Shown in pieces: positions 1-9,551 of a stretch of 50,180 nucleotides of DNA (within the stretch, counting starts at the first letter, position 1; every line of letters begins with the position of its first letter). The notes below the pieces were generated by a model. The model saw only the letters and a program-made list of their open reading frames with translations, ran no database searches and was not told the origin of the DNA. Origin of the DNA: a virus (Duplodnaviria; Caudoviricetes). The stretch spans positions 1 through 50,180 of the IMG/VR virus record IMGVR_UViG_3300012899_000001, one strand, 5' to 3'. The position numbers and the translations under genes were made by a program.

Positions 1-13
1 CCTGGAGCTCATC

Positions 14-190
14 ATGGCCAAGAACTGGATCGCCAGCGCCATCAAGAAGCCGGGCGCCCTTCACGCCGACCTGGGCGTGCCGCAAGGCAAGAAGATTCCC
101 GCCAGCAAGCTGAAGGCCGCGGCGAAGAAGAGCGGCAAGGTTGGCCAGCGCGCCCGCCTGGCCGAGACCCTCAAGGGCATGCGCAAGTAG
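14..190 (+). CDS. small Lys-rich basic phage protein (58 aa, MAKNWIASAIKKPGALHADLGVP...)
   Basis: Below ORF-track cutoff; GGAG RBS, ATG 14, TAG 188-190, GC3-rich codons. Confidence 0.8.
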   Translation: MAKNWIASAIKKPGALHADLGVPQGKKIPASKLKAAAKKSGKVGQRARLAETLKGMRK

Positions 191-213
191 CCCACCACCT
201 GAAGGAGTGCACC

Positions 214-372
214 ATGGCCAAGAAGCCGATGAAGGGCTCCAAGTCCATCGACCGCGCCGAGAAGGCGATCGAGAAAACCGAGAACAAGCTGGCCAAGAAG
301 CTGCCCGCGCCGGCGCGCAAGCAGTTCGCGAAGGTGCAGGCCAAGGAAAAGAAGCTCGAGGGGCGCGAGTAG
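214..372 (+). CDS. small Lys-rich basic protein (52 aa, MAKKPMKGSKSIDRAEK...)
   Basis: AAGGAG RBS, ATG 214, TAG 370-372. Confidence 0.75.
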   Translation: MAKKPMKGSKSIDRAEKAIEKTENKLAKKLPAPARKQFAKVQAKEKKLEGRE

Positions 373-374
373 CG

Positions 375-905
375 CTACTTCTTCGCCATGTCGGCGATCG
401 TGCCGTCCTTGGTCTGCGAGCTGCGGCTGCTGCCGAACTCGAACTGGTGCGCGTCCCGCAGGCACGTACCGAAGATGCCAGCGATGGTCGACAGAATCCC
501 CACCACCTCACCGGGCAGCTGCGTGCGGTAAATCGCGAGAACCACCAAGCAGGCCACAAGACCTGCGGCGTCCAACGCCACCATGATGTCGGCGCGCGTG
601 TTGCGGTAGCCGGCCTTGTGCAGCTCGATGTCGCGCTCGCGCGCGTTCTGGCGGTCGGCCAGGAACGCCTTGTCCAGTTCGGTCTCGCTGGCCAGGACAC
701 TCTGGCGAAACTGCAACGCGAGGTTCGGATCCGCCTGGATCGCCTTCAGCGCCGCGTCGCCGGACGTGGTGCCGGTGACGGCCTGCGCGATCTCGACGAC
801 CTTGCCCGCGGCCGCCTCGGCCTTGTCGCTGCCGGTGATCCACTTGATCAGGGTGGGCGCGAATTGCGCCAGGCCCATCGCGATGGTGATCGGGTCCATG
901 CTCAC
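375..905 (-). CDS. putative holin-like membrane protein (3TM/GTA-holin-like)
   Basis: Two C-terminal hydrophobic helices followed by FEFGSSRSSQ; adjacent to endolysin. Confidence 0.65.
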   Translation of the reverse strand: MSMDPITIAMGLAQFAPTLIKWITGSDKAEAAAGKVVEIAQAVTGTTSGDAALKAIQADPNLALQFRQSVLASETELDKAFLADRQNARERDIELHKAGYRNTRADIMVALDAAGLVACLVVLAIYRTQLPGEVVGILSTIAGIFGTCLRDAHQFEFGSSRSSQTKDGTIADMAKK

Positions 906-1399
906 GCTCCTTTGACGACTGCCAGCGCCTGCGCGTACAGCGCCGGCCAGGTCTCTGGGTGGGGCTTACCAGGCCGCCAGGTGTTCAGGTAGTAGGCCCA
1001 GCCGCCGTCGGCATCGCCCACAGCCGGCAGCGGCTTCGGGTTCGTGAACAGCATCAGCCGCGCCACGCCGGCCGCCAGCACGTCGTCCTGCTCCAGCGCC
1101 GCCCAGATCGCATGTGGGTCGAAAGGTACATCGCGCTCGTGGCAGAGCTGGCGCAGCAAGTCCGCCGACGCGCTGTGCAGGTACACGCCCCACACTCCAC
1201 CGCGCGAGGCGCGCGTGCCCTCCTCGAACTGCCAGAAGCCGCGGGCCGGGCCGTTGCCCATCTGCCGGCGATACTCGAACCGGCTCTCCTGCAGCCCGAT
1301 CGTGAGCATCAGGACGCGGGCTTCGCGACTGTCGAACTTGCGCGGCAGGACCTGCAGCGCCGGGTCGATGGCGGAACGAACGACGTCGGTGAGTAGCAT
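902..1399 (-). CDS. putative endolysin (lysozyme/transglycosylase-like fold)
   Basis: IGLQES (candidate catalytic Glu), GPARGFWQFE and YYLNTWRPGKP motifs; lysis-cassette position. Confidence 0.7.
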   Translation of the reverse strand: MLLTDVVRSAIDPALQVLPRKFDSREARVLMLTIGLQESRFEYRRQMGNGPARGFWQFEEGTRASRGGVWGVYLHSASADLLRQLCHERDVPFDPHAIWAALEQDDVLAAGVARLMLFTNPKPLPAVGDADGGWAYYLNTWRPGKPHPETWPALYAQALAVVKGA

Positions 1400-1400
1400 G

Positions 1401-1676
1401 TCAACCTCCCCTGACTGCGCGCCAAGTCGCGTAGGCTGCGCCCACGGCCGTGGCGATGACGGTGAACCACTTCGCGAACCGCTCGAGCGTGACGAGCGTG
1501 TCCATCAGCTTGGTCTGCTCGGCCTGCTGCGCTTCGATCTTGTCGATCTTCGACTTGAGTGCCTGGAACTGCTCGGCGGTCGGCAGGCCCTCCACTTTCT
1601 CGACGATCTTGTCCACGGCTTCGCGCATGTAGTCGACGTGGACCTTGAGTGCCACGAGCTCGGTTTCACTGCTCAT
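1401..1676 (-). CDS. coiled-coil protein with one C-terminal TM helix (holin/antiholin-like)
   Basis: Heptad N-terminus, hydrophobic C-terminal helix; immediately upstream of endolysin; start uncertain. Confidence 0.55.
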   Translation of the reverse strand: MSSETELVALKVHVDYMREAVDKIVEKVEGLPTAEQFQALKSKIDKIEAQQAEQTKLMDTLVTLERFAKWFTVIATAVGAAYATWRAVRGG

Positions 1677-2088
1677 GATTGTCTCCATCTGTTGCAGCCT
1701 GTGAACTGTCATACCTTCCAGGTCCGAGCCGCAACGTGAGCAGCGCGACGATGAGCAGTCCGTATGTGCTCACGTTCACGCCGAGTTGCGCCGTACATCG
1801 CTCGTCGCCGATGGCCACCATCGGGCGCACCAGGTAGAGCACCTCGCAGATGAACACCACCAGCTCCTCGCCGATCCACCACAGGGCCACCAGCACGGCG
1901 GCCTGCGCCACGCGGCGCGGCATGTCGAACTGGCCGACGCACACGACGGTGAGCACCAGCACCAGCGCGCTCGTTGTCACTGCGCCGGCCATCGTCCAGA
2001 TGCTGGTCTGCCATGCTGCGGCAAAGAGCGGCCACGCGTAGTGCTTGAGCAGGCCGAGCGCCAGCAGGAAGCCGGCGAGCCGTTTCAC
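1666..2088 (-). CDS. multi-pass membrane protein (~4 TM)
   Basis: GTG start overlapping TGA of upstream peptide ORF; four hydrophobic stretches. Confidence 0.65.
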   Translation of the reverse strand: MKRLAGFLLALGLLKHYAWPLFAAAWQTSIWTMAGAVTTSALVLVLTVVCVGQFDMPRRVAQAAVLVALWWIGEELVVFICEVLYLVRPMVAIGDERCTAQLGVNVSTYGLLIVALLTLRLGPGRYDSSQAATDGDNHEQ

Positions 2089-2189
2089 TTCGGCTTGCCC
2101 GGATCCGTCGGCGCGCCTTGCGTGGTCACGCCGCCCTTGCCGAGGATGGCGGCCAAGAGGTTCTTGAAGTAGGTCTTGATTGCGTTCAT
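2085..2189 (-). CDS. 34-aa peptide MNAIKTYFKNLLAAILGKGGVTTQGAPTDPGKPK
   Basis: ATGA overlap with upstream gene stop and GTGA overlap with downstream gene. Confidence 0.6.
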   Translation of the reverse strand: MNAIKTYFKNLLAAILGKGGVTTQGAPTDPGKPK

Positions 2190-5100
2190 GATGGTTGCCC
2201 GTTGTACGACTTGATGACGCGCGCCTGCACGGCCTTGATGCGAGCCTGGATCGGCTCGGCGTCCTGACCTGCAGCACCGGCGGCGCGCAGCTCTTTGAAC
2301 AACCCCCGCAGCTCACGCTCTGCAGCCTCGAACTCCGGTAGCGCACGCGCCACCTTGGGGTCGATCTTGTCCGGCGTGCCTGCCTTCTGGTAGTCACGCG
2401 CGTACTCGAATTGTGGCGCAAGTTCCTTGTAGCGCCGGCTGGTGTAACTCTTCGGTTCCTCGAATACGAAACGGTTGGCGATCGGCAGCTTGTTCACGTC
2501 GACCGGCTTGTCCTTGACGACACTGTCGGCGATGTTCTTCGACTGCATCGCGAGCTGACCCATGCCGCCGGTGAAGAAGCCGACGATGTGCTCGATGCCC
2601 TCCGGCGCGATGATCGGGCCGAGCACCTTCTGCGACGCGCCAGGCGTCACAGCGTCGCCACCGGTCGCCGCGTTGGCCAGCTGCGAGATCCCCTTGGCGA
2701 TGTCCGAAGTACTGGCGCGGCTCTTCGCGTAGTACGGCGCCGGGCTGTGGTCGCCGACCTGCTCGGGCACGATCGGCTGACCGAAGTAGTTCTGCTTCGT
2801 CCACAGGTCGGCGAACGGCGACGCGAGCGTGGGCACCACCGCTTTGCCGACGGCCAGCGCGCTACTGTCAGCCTCCGGCATGCGCACCGGCAGCGTGGCG
2901 TCTAGGACAGCTCCAGCGATTCCGGCTGCTTCCCGTCCCACGTCCTTCTGGGAGGCAGCGCGCCACAGGCGGCGGCCGATCGCAAAGAGGACGGCGTACT
3001 CCGGAGGCAACGGAATCTTCGCGCCGCTCTTCGAGCCAGGAGCCAGTACCACCAGGTTCTTGTCGGCGACTGGGTCATTCTGCGAGTTGATGTTGGGCTC
3101 ACCGGTTTCCTCGTTCGTCCCGCCGACCTGCTCGTTGTACGCCTGCGCGGCGGCGCCGAGCGCCACCATCGCGAGCATACCCCGACGCACCACCGGGCTC
3201 TTCGAGTACACCGCGGTGTTGCGCAGGCCCTGCAGCGCTGCGTTCGCGAACACCAGCACGCTGTTGAGCGTGCGGCCGTACTCGCCCGAGCGGTTGAAGT
3301 TGACCGTGATCTCCTTGGCGGCGCGTGCGGCGGCGCGCGGCGTCTCGCCGGCGGCGCGCATCTCCTTGTACAGCGCGAAGCGCGAGGCGTACTCCATCAC
3401 CTCGTTGCCGCTGCTGATCAGGTGCGCGGCTGAGCCCAGCGCGTTCTTCAAGCGCCGGCCGTAGCCGCCCTTCTGGTCCTCGTAGCCCAGCTCGGCGCCT
3501 GCCTTCTCGAGCTTGCGCATCGTGTCGCTGAGCTGCTGGATGCCGTAGGCGCCGGTCTTGCCGCCGGTCTGCAGGAACTCCTCGTACAGCTTGGCGTCGG
3601 GCGTGTTCTTGCCGCGCTTGTACTGGGTGATGGCCTTCCACGCCGACGGGATGCCGGCGACGACCTTGGCCGCGCTGACCTTGTCGTGCGCGCCAGCGCG
3701 GATGCCGACGGTGATCGCGTCCTTCACGGCGTTGGGGACCGTGAACGCTGGGTTGAACTCGGTCAGCATGCGACCGACGGTGCCCGTGCCGCGGCCGATC
3801 GCAGCCAGCACCGGCCCGGGGTCGTTGGCCGTGGCCACCTTGCGCAGCTGGTCGCGCAGCAGCTCGTCGGGCACGAACACCCGTTGCTGCTTGCCGTCGA
3901 CCACCAGGCTGAGCGTCAGGTCCTGCACCTTCTGCGCGTCGACGATGCCCTTGACCTTGCCGTCCGGGCCGATCTTGCGGCCCAGCACCTCGGCCGGCGG
4001 GTTCTTCTCGTCGTACGGCTGGATGAAGTCCTGCGCCTTGGGATCCTTGGCGTACTCCCAGATCGCGCGGTCGACGCGCGCCTTCTCGCCACGCATGATC
4101 GCGCGACTTGCGTCCATCACGCTGGCGGCAATCGGGCTGGACGCCTTCGTCGAGCGGCCGAGTGCGGTGGTGATGTCGTTGGCGCGCATCTCGTAGCCGC
4201 GCCCGACGCCCGTGAACTCGGCCTCCTCGTCAAGCGTCTTCAGCGGCACGTAGTTCTTGTACTGCGCGTTGAGCGTGTCGCGCACCTTCGGCTCGATCAG
4301 GCCGTCTTCGACCATCGCGTCCAGCTTGCGCTTGTTCAGGTCGTGCACGATCGCGGCGACCGCGTCCAGGTGCTTGCGCTGCTCGGGAGTGAACCCCTCG
4401 ACGATAGCCCTGGCCTGGGCGTTCGTCAGACCTGAGCCGCCGTCCTGCATCTTCGGGTTGCGCGCGGCGATCACCTTGTTGCGCTCCGGCGCGTGCAGCG
4501 CCATCAGGTAATCGTCGGCGTCGCGCACGCTGACGCCCGCCTTCTTGGCGTCCTGCAGCGCCTTGCCCAGCGGCTTGATGACCTCGCGCTCGAGCGTGTC
4601 ACCGCGGTGCTGCGCCCGGCCGCTGTACAGCACGTCGGCACCCACGATGTCGGCATCCTCGGACTTCGGTGCTTCGGTCTTCTGCAGCTTGGCCACCCGG
4701 TTGAACCGGTCGAACAGCTTGCGCACGGCGACCTCGGACTTCGTCTCGTCGTCCAGCTTGCGCTTGCCCTGCTCGACGCTGAACAGCTTCTCCTCGGCCG
4801 CGATCGTGGCCTTGGCCTCGGCAGTCTTGAGCGTGCCCGTCGACTGCTCGGTGCCGCGGTTCTTCTCGGCATTCAGCACGTGGTCCAGCGCCTTCAGCAC
4901 CGGCGCGTCGGAGCGCAGGCCGACGACGCCCTTGATGTGCTCGACCATTTCCTTCAGCCAACGCACGGCGTCGGTGCGCCAGGCGTTGCGGCCGGCGTGC
5001 CGCTCGGTCAGCAGGCGCGCGGCGTTGACCGCCCAGAACTCGGACGGGTTCGTCAGGTGGTAGTGCTTCGCGACGTCCAGGGCGCCGCTCTTGAACGCGT

Positions 5101-7384
5101 CCTTCATCTCCTCGAACGCGGCGCGGCCGCCGGTGATCCCGTCCAGGATCGTCTTCAGCGCGGCACGTTCAGCCGGCTTGGCCTTCTTCATCTCGGCCTC
5201 GACGGCGCGGCGCCACTCGCGACGGATGCCGCGCTGCACCACCTCGGGCATCATGCGCTCGCTGTGGTGCAGGATCTCGTGCGCGGCCCGATCTGGGCTG
5301 CCCTTGCCCTGGAAGAGCTTCACCACCCGGTTCGCCGACTCGTAGACGCCGCGCGCGTTGTCGCCCTTCTCACCCTTGGGGGTTTCGATGCGCAGGCCGC
5401 GCGCCAGGTTCGGGTTCTTGTCGAGCGCCCACAAGGCCAGCGACGCCTCGTCCTTGCCGAGCGTGCCATCAGCGGCGCCCTTCTCCAGCGCCACACGTGC
5501 TTGCCGGCGACCGCGCTCCAGCACGGCTGGCTCGGCCGGCTCGCGCGCCTGCTGGGCGCGGGTCTGCTCGTGCATGAACGCCTCGTCCAGCTTCGGGAAG
5601 TCCAGGCTGGCCAGCGTCTCGCCGCGGCTCTTGTCCGCGTACAGCTCCTTGGCCTCGCCGGCCGGGATCTTCTCCGGCGCGGGCTCGACGCCCGAACCGG
5701 TGACCTCGCGCGCCTCGCCGGTCGGGATCTTGGCCGGCGTCTCGATCACGTCCGGTTCCGGCAGCACCTCGCGCACCTCACCGGCCGGGATCTTCTCACC
5801 GCGCGCCGCGGCCGCTGCCTCACCGGTGAGCTCGGCCACGTCGGGCTTGGCCACCGGCTCGCCGCGCGCGGCAGCTGCAGCCTCGCCCGTCAGCTCGGTC
5901 GCCTCGCCACGCGGCAGCTCACCGCGGGGCTGCGACTCGCCGGCCAGCGGCCGGCCGCTGTCCTCGAACAGCGGCTTGGCCTCGCCGGCAGGGATCACCT
6001 CGGGTGCCGCTTCGACACCGGATGGAAACTCGCGTGCCTCGCCCACCGGCAGCGGCTTCTCCGGTTGCTTGGCCTCGATCTCCGGCTGGCCTTCGCGCAC
6101 TTCGCCCACCGGCAGCGGCTTCTTGGGCGTTTCATCCTTGACCTCCGGTTCGCCTTCCTTGACCTGACCCACCGGCAGCTTCTCGGCCGCCTCGAGCTTG
6201 TCGGCCTTCGCGCGCAGCGACTGCTGCAGCTCGGCGTCGGTGGTCTCGTTGGCGACGCGGCGCAGCTCCTGCGCATCGGACAGCGCTTGGTCGCGCTTGG
6301 CCTTCGCCTCGGCGCGCTTGGTCAGCTTCTTCGCCTCCTCGTCCAGCGCGGCCTTCGCCGCGTCGGAGGTGGCGCTTTCCTTCAGGCGCTCGATCTCGGC
6401 CAGGCGCTCGGCGTCCGGCAGCGTGCCGGACTTCTCCGTGGCCTCGCCGGCGGGGATCTTCTCCTCGGGCACCAGCCAGCCATCGCGCACGCGTTGGCTG
6501 CTTGCGTCCCACATCTCCTTGGTGATGGTCGAGCCGTTGGGTGCGCGGTACTCACCGTCGCCGACCTCGGTCATCTTGTCGGCCGGGAACGCCGACGCCT
6601 TCTCGGCCGCCTTCGCCTTGGCCTTCGACACGCTGGCGTGCACGCCTGGGATCGCGCCGAACGCCGCGCCCATGCCGGCGTCGGTCAAGATCGACCGCAT
6701 GTCACCCGCGGGCTGCTCCATGTCCTTGTACTGGTCGCCCTCAGGGAGCGCCGCGTTCTCGGCGGCACGGCCCGCCACACCAGCGCCGGCCGCAACGGCG
6801 CCGCCGGTTGCAGCGCCGCCGAGCGCGGCTCCGACGCGGCTCTCGACTGCGCGGCCCACCGCGCCGCCGGCCTTCACCGGCAGCAGGTTCAGCGCGGCGT
6901 GCACGCCGCCCGAGACGCCGCCGGCCGTGGCCGCCTCGCCCAGGGTGCCGCCGCGCTCCACGACTTGCCCGGCACGCTCGATGCCGTGCTGCAACCCGAA
7001 GCCGCCTGCCATCTCGATCGGCGCCGACAGGATGCCACCGGCCAGCGCGCCGGCGCCGTTGAGTTCTTCATCCGGCCCGGTGCCATACGCCTGACCCATG
7101 CCCTCCTGTCGGGCCTTGTAGATGTCGAGCGTCTTCTCAACGTCGGCCTCGTCGCCGAACACGCGCGCGAGCCCGGCGGCGGCCATGTCGAACATGCCCA
7201 CCGCCTTCTGCGCGGCTGAACCAGCCGTGCGCAGCGCCGAGTCGACGAACCCCACCTTCTTGGGCGCGAGCCACTCGTCCGGCACGTTCATGCCGTTGGC
7301 CTTCAGCTTGGTGGCGAGGTCGCGCCGAGAGATCCCGTCCGGGACATCCTCAACCACCGTACCGTCTGGGAGTTCGACGTTCAT
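2186..7384 (-). CDS. large internal virion/ejection polyvalent protein with HExxH zincin-like domain and C-terminal LPD38-like domain
   Basis: 1732 aa; AAHEILHH...EFWA motif; EITVNFNRSG...FANAALQG typical of LPD38; position after ejection genes. Confidence 0.7.
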   Translation of the reverse strand: MNVELPDGTVVEDVPDGISRRDLATKLKANGMNVPDEWLAPKKVGFVDSALRTAGSAAQKAVGMFDMAAAGLARVFGDEADVEKTLDIYKARQEGMGQAYGTGPDEELNGAGALAGGILSAPIEMAGGFGLQHGIERAGQVVERGGTLGEAATAGGVSGGVHAALNLLPVKAGGAVGRAVESRVGAALGGAATGGAVAAGAGVAGRAAENAALPEGDQYKDMEQPAGDMRSILTDAGMGAAFGAIPGVHASVSKAKAKAAEKASAFPADKMTEVGDGEYRAPNGSTITKEMWDASSQRVRDGWLVPEEKIPAGEATEKSGTLPDAERLAEIERLKESATSDAAKAALDEEAKKLTKRAEAKAKRDQALSDAQELRRVANETTDAELQQSLRAKADKLEAAEKLPVGQVKEGEPEVKDETPKKPLPVGEVREGQPEIEAKQPEKPLPVGEAREFPSGVEAAPEVIPAGEAKPLFEDSGRPLAGESQPRGELPRGEATELTGEAAAAARGEPVAKPDVAELTGEAAAAARGEKIPAGEVREVLPEPDVIETPAKIPTGEAREVTGSGVEPAPEKIPAGEAKELYADKSRGETLASLDFPKLDEAFMHEQTRAQQAREPAEPAVLERGRRQARVALEKGAADGTLGKDEASLALWALDKNPNLARGLRIETPKGEKGDNARGVYESANRVVKLFQGKGSPDRAAHEILHHSERMMPEVVQRGIRREWRRAVEAEMKKAKPAERAALKTILDGITGGRAAFEEMKDAFKSGALDVAKHYHLTNPSEFWAVNAARLLTERHAGRNAWRTDAVRWLKEMVEHIKGVVGLRSDAPVLKALDHVLNAEKNRGTEQSTGTLKTAEAKATIAAEEKLFSVEQGKRKLDDETKSEVAVRKLFDRFNRVAKLQKTEAPKSEDADIVGADVLYSGRAQHRGDTLEREVIKPLGKALQDAKKAGVSVRDADDYLMALHAPERNKVIAARNPKMQDGGSGLTNAQARAIVEGFTPEQRKHLDAVAAIVHDLNKRKLDAMVEDGLIEPKVRDTLNAQYKNYVPLKTLDEEAEFTGVGRGYEMRANDITTALGRSTKASSPIAASVMDASRAIMRGEKARVDRAIWEYAKDPKAQDFIQPYDEKNPPAEVLGRKIGPDGKVKGIVDAQKVQDLTLSLVVDGKQQRVFVPDELLRDQLRKVATANDPGPVLAAIGRGTGTVGRMLTEFNPAFTVPNAVKDAITVGIRAGAHDKVSAAKVVAGIPSAWKAITQYKRGKNTPDAKLYEEFLQTGGKTGAYGIQQLSDTMRKLEKAGAELGYEDQKGGYGRRLKNALGSAAHLISSGNEVMEYASRFALYKEMRAAGETPRAAARAAKEITVNFNRSGEYGRTLNSVLVFANAALQGLRNTAVYSKSPVVRRGMLAMVALGAAAQAYNEQVGGTNEETGEPNINSQNDPVADKNLVVLAPGSKSGAKIPLPPEYAVLFAIGRRLWRAASQKDVGREAAGIAGAVLDATLPVRMPEADSSALAVGKAVVPTLASPFADLWTKQNYFGQPIVPEQVGDHSPAPYYAKSRASTSDIAKGISQLANAATGGDAVTPGASQKVLGPIIAPEGIEHIVGFFTGGMGQLAMQSKNIADSVVKDKPVDVNKLPIANRFVFEEPKSYTSRRYKELAPQFEYARDYQKAGTPDKIDPKVARALPEFEAAERELRGLFKELRAAGAAGQDAEPIQARIKAVQARVIKSYNGQPS
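5635..6465 (-). repeat. intragenic protein repeats [IL]P.G[EQ][AV] x ~9 plus duplicated ELTGEAAAAARGE
   Basis: EKIPAGEATE, EKLPVGQVKE, KPLPVGEVRE, KPLPVGEARE, EVIPAGEAKP, ELPRGEATE, EKIPAGEVRE, KIPTGEARE, EKIPAGEAKE; bounds approximate. Confidence 0.85.
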
Positions 7385-8928
7385 TTCAGCTCCGAGAACT
7401 TGACCACCTTCTTCGGCGTGGCACCTTCGGCTGCAGTGCCCAGCGCGGTGGCATCGGCGCGCTTGCCTTTCGCCGCGGCGTCACGCGCGGCCGTGGTGAT
7501 CGCCGTGCGTGCCGCGCCGAGCTTCTCCTTCTGGGCCGCGGTCGGCGCGGTGCCGTCCGCGTTGCGGAAGTCCTTGGCGTTCGCGTCGTAGGTCAGCCCG
7601 AGCTTTTGCGCCACCGCATTCACTGCGGCGCGCTCGTCGTCCGCCACGTCGCGCGCGGTCGGCCCCTTGGCGGTCGGCGGCTTGATGCCGGCCAGGATCG
7701 CGCGGCGGTCTTCGCGGTACTGCTCGTCGGTGATGTCGCCCGCGTCGTGGTCCTCGTCGAGCGCGTCGAGCCTGGCTTGCAGCGCGCCGCGCGTACCGCT
7801 GGCTCCGGTGTTCGGGTTGAAGACACGCGGGGCGGCGCCCTTCTTCAATTCCTTCTCGGACACCACGTTACCCTGGTCGTCCACCTCGCGATCGAGCACC
7901 CGGTCGCCCAGGTCCACCTTCTCGCGCGTGGTCATTTTCTTCTTCGGGCGGCTGATCGCGGTGAGCTCGGCCAAGTACTTCTTGGTCTTCTCGCCGGCTT
8001 CCTTCTCGCCCTGCTCGACGCGCGCAGCGACGTCCGGGCGCTGCAGCGTCGCGGCCAGCGTGCCCAGGTTGCCCATCCAGTCCATGCCGTTCTTCACGTC
8101 GATCACGGCGACCTGGTCGTCATCGTCGCCCGAGCCGTCGCGCGTCATCGGCGCGTCGTAGTACTTCTCGCCGCCATCGGTCTTCACGTACACGCGCAGG
8201 CGCGGCATGAACTTGCCGGGCAGCGGGTTGTGATCCGCGTCGACGGCAGGGTCCAGGCCGATGATCTCCTTGCGGGTGATCGTTCCGCCGTGCGGGCTCG
8301 GCGAGCCGACACCACGGCGCAGCTGCGGCGCCATCAGCCCGTTCATGCCCTGCACCACCAGGCCCTGGTTGCCCGTCTTCAGGCCGGCCTGCACGTCGTC
8401 CGCGTACTTGGGCACGTTCTTCAGCTCGGTCAGCGGCATGCCGGTGGCGGCCACGAGGTTCGTGTACAGCTCAGCCGGCGGCGCGGCCAGCGGGTCGAGC
8501 TGCCCGGCCTGCGCGCGCGAGAAGAAGTCCAGCGACTGCTGCCGGATCTTCGCGAGCGTCTCCGCGTTTTTGCCGTACTCATTCGCCAGATCCATCGGGA
8601 TCGGCTGGTTCGCGGTCTGCGCCGCGGTGCTGAGCCCGACGATCTCGTTCTGGCGGCCGCGCACCACCTTCTCCTGCCGGTCCAGCAGGTCCAGGTTCTC
8701 GCGCAGTCCTTGCCGTTGCTCCAGTCGCGCCTCGCGACCCTGTCGGATTTTCAGGTCTTCCGCGGCACGGGTGTCCGCGCGCTGGCGCAGCGACTCGTCG
8801 ACTTGCCGCTCGCGCTTGCGCTCGGTTGCGGCGTCCGCATCCATGCCGAGTCGGAACCCCGACTCGAGACCTGCCGCCAGACCACCGGTGACGCTTGGCA
8901 TGCTGTTTCCTTCAGTCGAAAAGGCCAC
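7381..8928 (-). CDS. putative internal virion (DNA ejection) protein
   Basis: 515 aa, GGLAAGLESGF N-terminus then coiled coil; synteny. Confidence 0.6.
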   Translation of the reverse strand: MAFSTEGNSMPSVTGGLAAGLESGFRLGMDADAATERKRERQVDESLRQRADTRAAEDLKIRQGREARLEQRQGLRENLDLLDRQEKVVRGRQNEIVGLSTAAQTANQPIPMDLANEYGKNAETLAKIRQQSLDFFSRAQAGQLDPLAAPPAELYTNLVAATGMPLTELKNVPKYADDVQAGLKTGNQGLVVQGMNGLMAPQLRRGVGSPSPHGGTITRKEIIGLDPAVDADHNPLPGKFMPRLRVYVKTDGGEKYYDAPMTRDGSGDDDDQVAVIDVKNGMDWMGNLGTLAATLQRPDVAARVEQGEKEAGEKTKKYLAELTAISRPKKKMTTREKVDLGDRVLDREVDDQGNVVSEKELKKGAAPRVFNPNTGASGTRGALQARLDALDEDHDAGDITDEQYREDRRAILAGIKPPTAKGPTARDVADDERAAVNAVAQKLGLTYDANAKDFRNADGTAPTAAQKEKLGAARTAITTAARDAAAKGKRADATALGTAAEGATPKKVVKFSELK

Positions 8929-9172
8929 CGGCGATCGCGCCCACGGCGCCGCCGATCATCGCGCCGACGGGGCCGCCCAACGCGAAGCCGCCCAGCGCGC
9001 CGGCTGTTGCCGTCAGCTGCTGGTTGCCCTGCTTGCGCTGCGCATCGATCTGCTTGTTCGTCGCCTCGCGCTGCGTCTCCTGGTTCGCGGCTTGGCCGAG
9101 CGAGTTCATCGCGTCGTTCTTCGCTGCGGTGCCGAGAGAGGCGAGCGTCGCACCCACACCGTACCCTGCCAT
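8912..9172 (-). CDS. small glycine-zipper virion/ejection protein
   Basis: C-terminal GALGGFALGGPVGAMIGGAVGAIAGG. Confidence 0.65.
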   Translation of the reverse strand: MAGYGVGATLASLGTAAKNDAMNSLGQAANQETQREATNKQIDAQRKQGNQQLTATAGALGGFALGGPVGAMIGGAVGAIAGGLFD

Positions 9173-9173
9173 G

Positions 9174-9551
9174 TCAACCCCCCATCCGCGTGATGTCCGG
9201 GGCGGGATTGCCCAGGATCTGCTGCTGGAGCTGACGTGTCGTGTCGGCCGCCAGGTTCTGCGCCTGCACGTCGGCGGGTCCGCGCGCGAGCGACGACGAG
9301 CGGGCCTGCGCGGCCTGCTCGTCCGGGCTCAGCTCCAGCCCGAGCCCCTGCAGCCGGCGGCCGACGGCGCCTTGCTGCGCATCGAACGCGCCCTGCACGT
9401 TCTGGCTCGCCGTCGACATCGCGTTCGTGACCGTGTCCGGGCTCGTCGCGTATTCGATCAGCTGGTTCTCGATCGGCACGAACGTGTTGACGTACTGCGC
9501 CCACCGGTCGCGCGTCAGGCGTGCATAGGTATCTGCTGCGTAGCCCATCAA
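9174..9551 (-). CDS. putative internal virion protein
   Basis: Ala/Gln-rich 125 aa, coupled with neighbours. Confidence 0.6.
   Translation of the reverse strand: MMGYAADTYARLTRDRWAQYVNTFVPIENQLIEYATSPDTVTNAMSTASQNVQGAFDAQQGAVGRRLQGLGLELSPDEQAAQARSSSLARGPADVQAQNLAADTTRQLQQQILGNPAPDITRMGG

Noticed and set aside
4493-7219. Long opposite-strand ORFs (e.g. 908 aa here, 23603-25807, 44632-46695, 48512-50176)
   Set aside because: Antisense shadows of high-GC3 genes; no motifs or RBS
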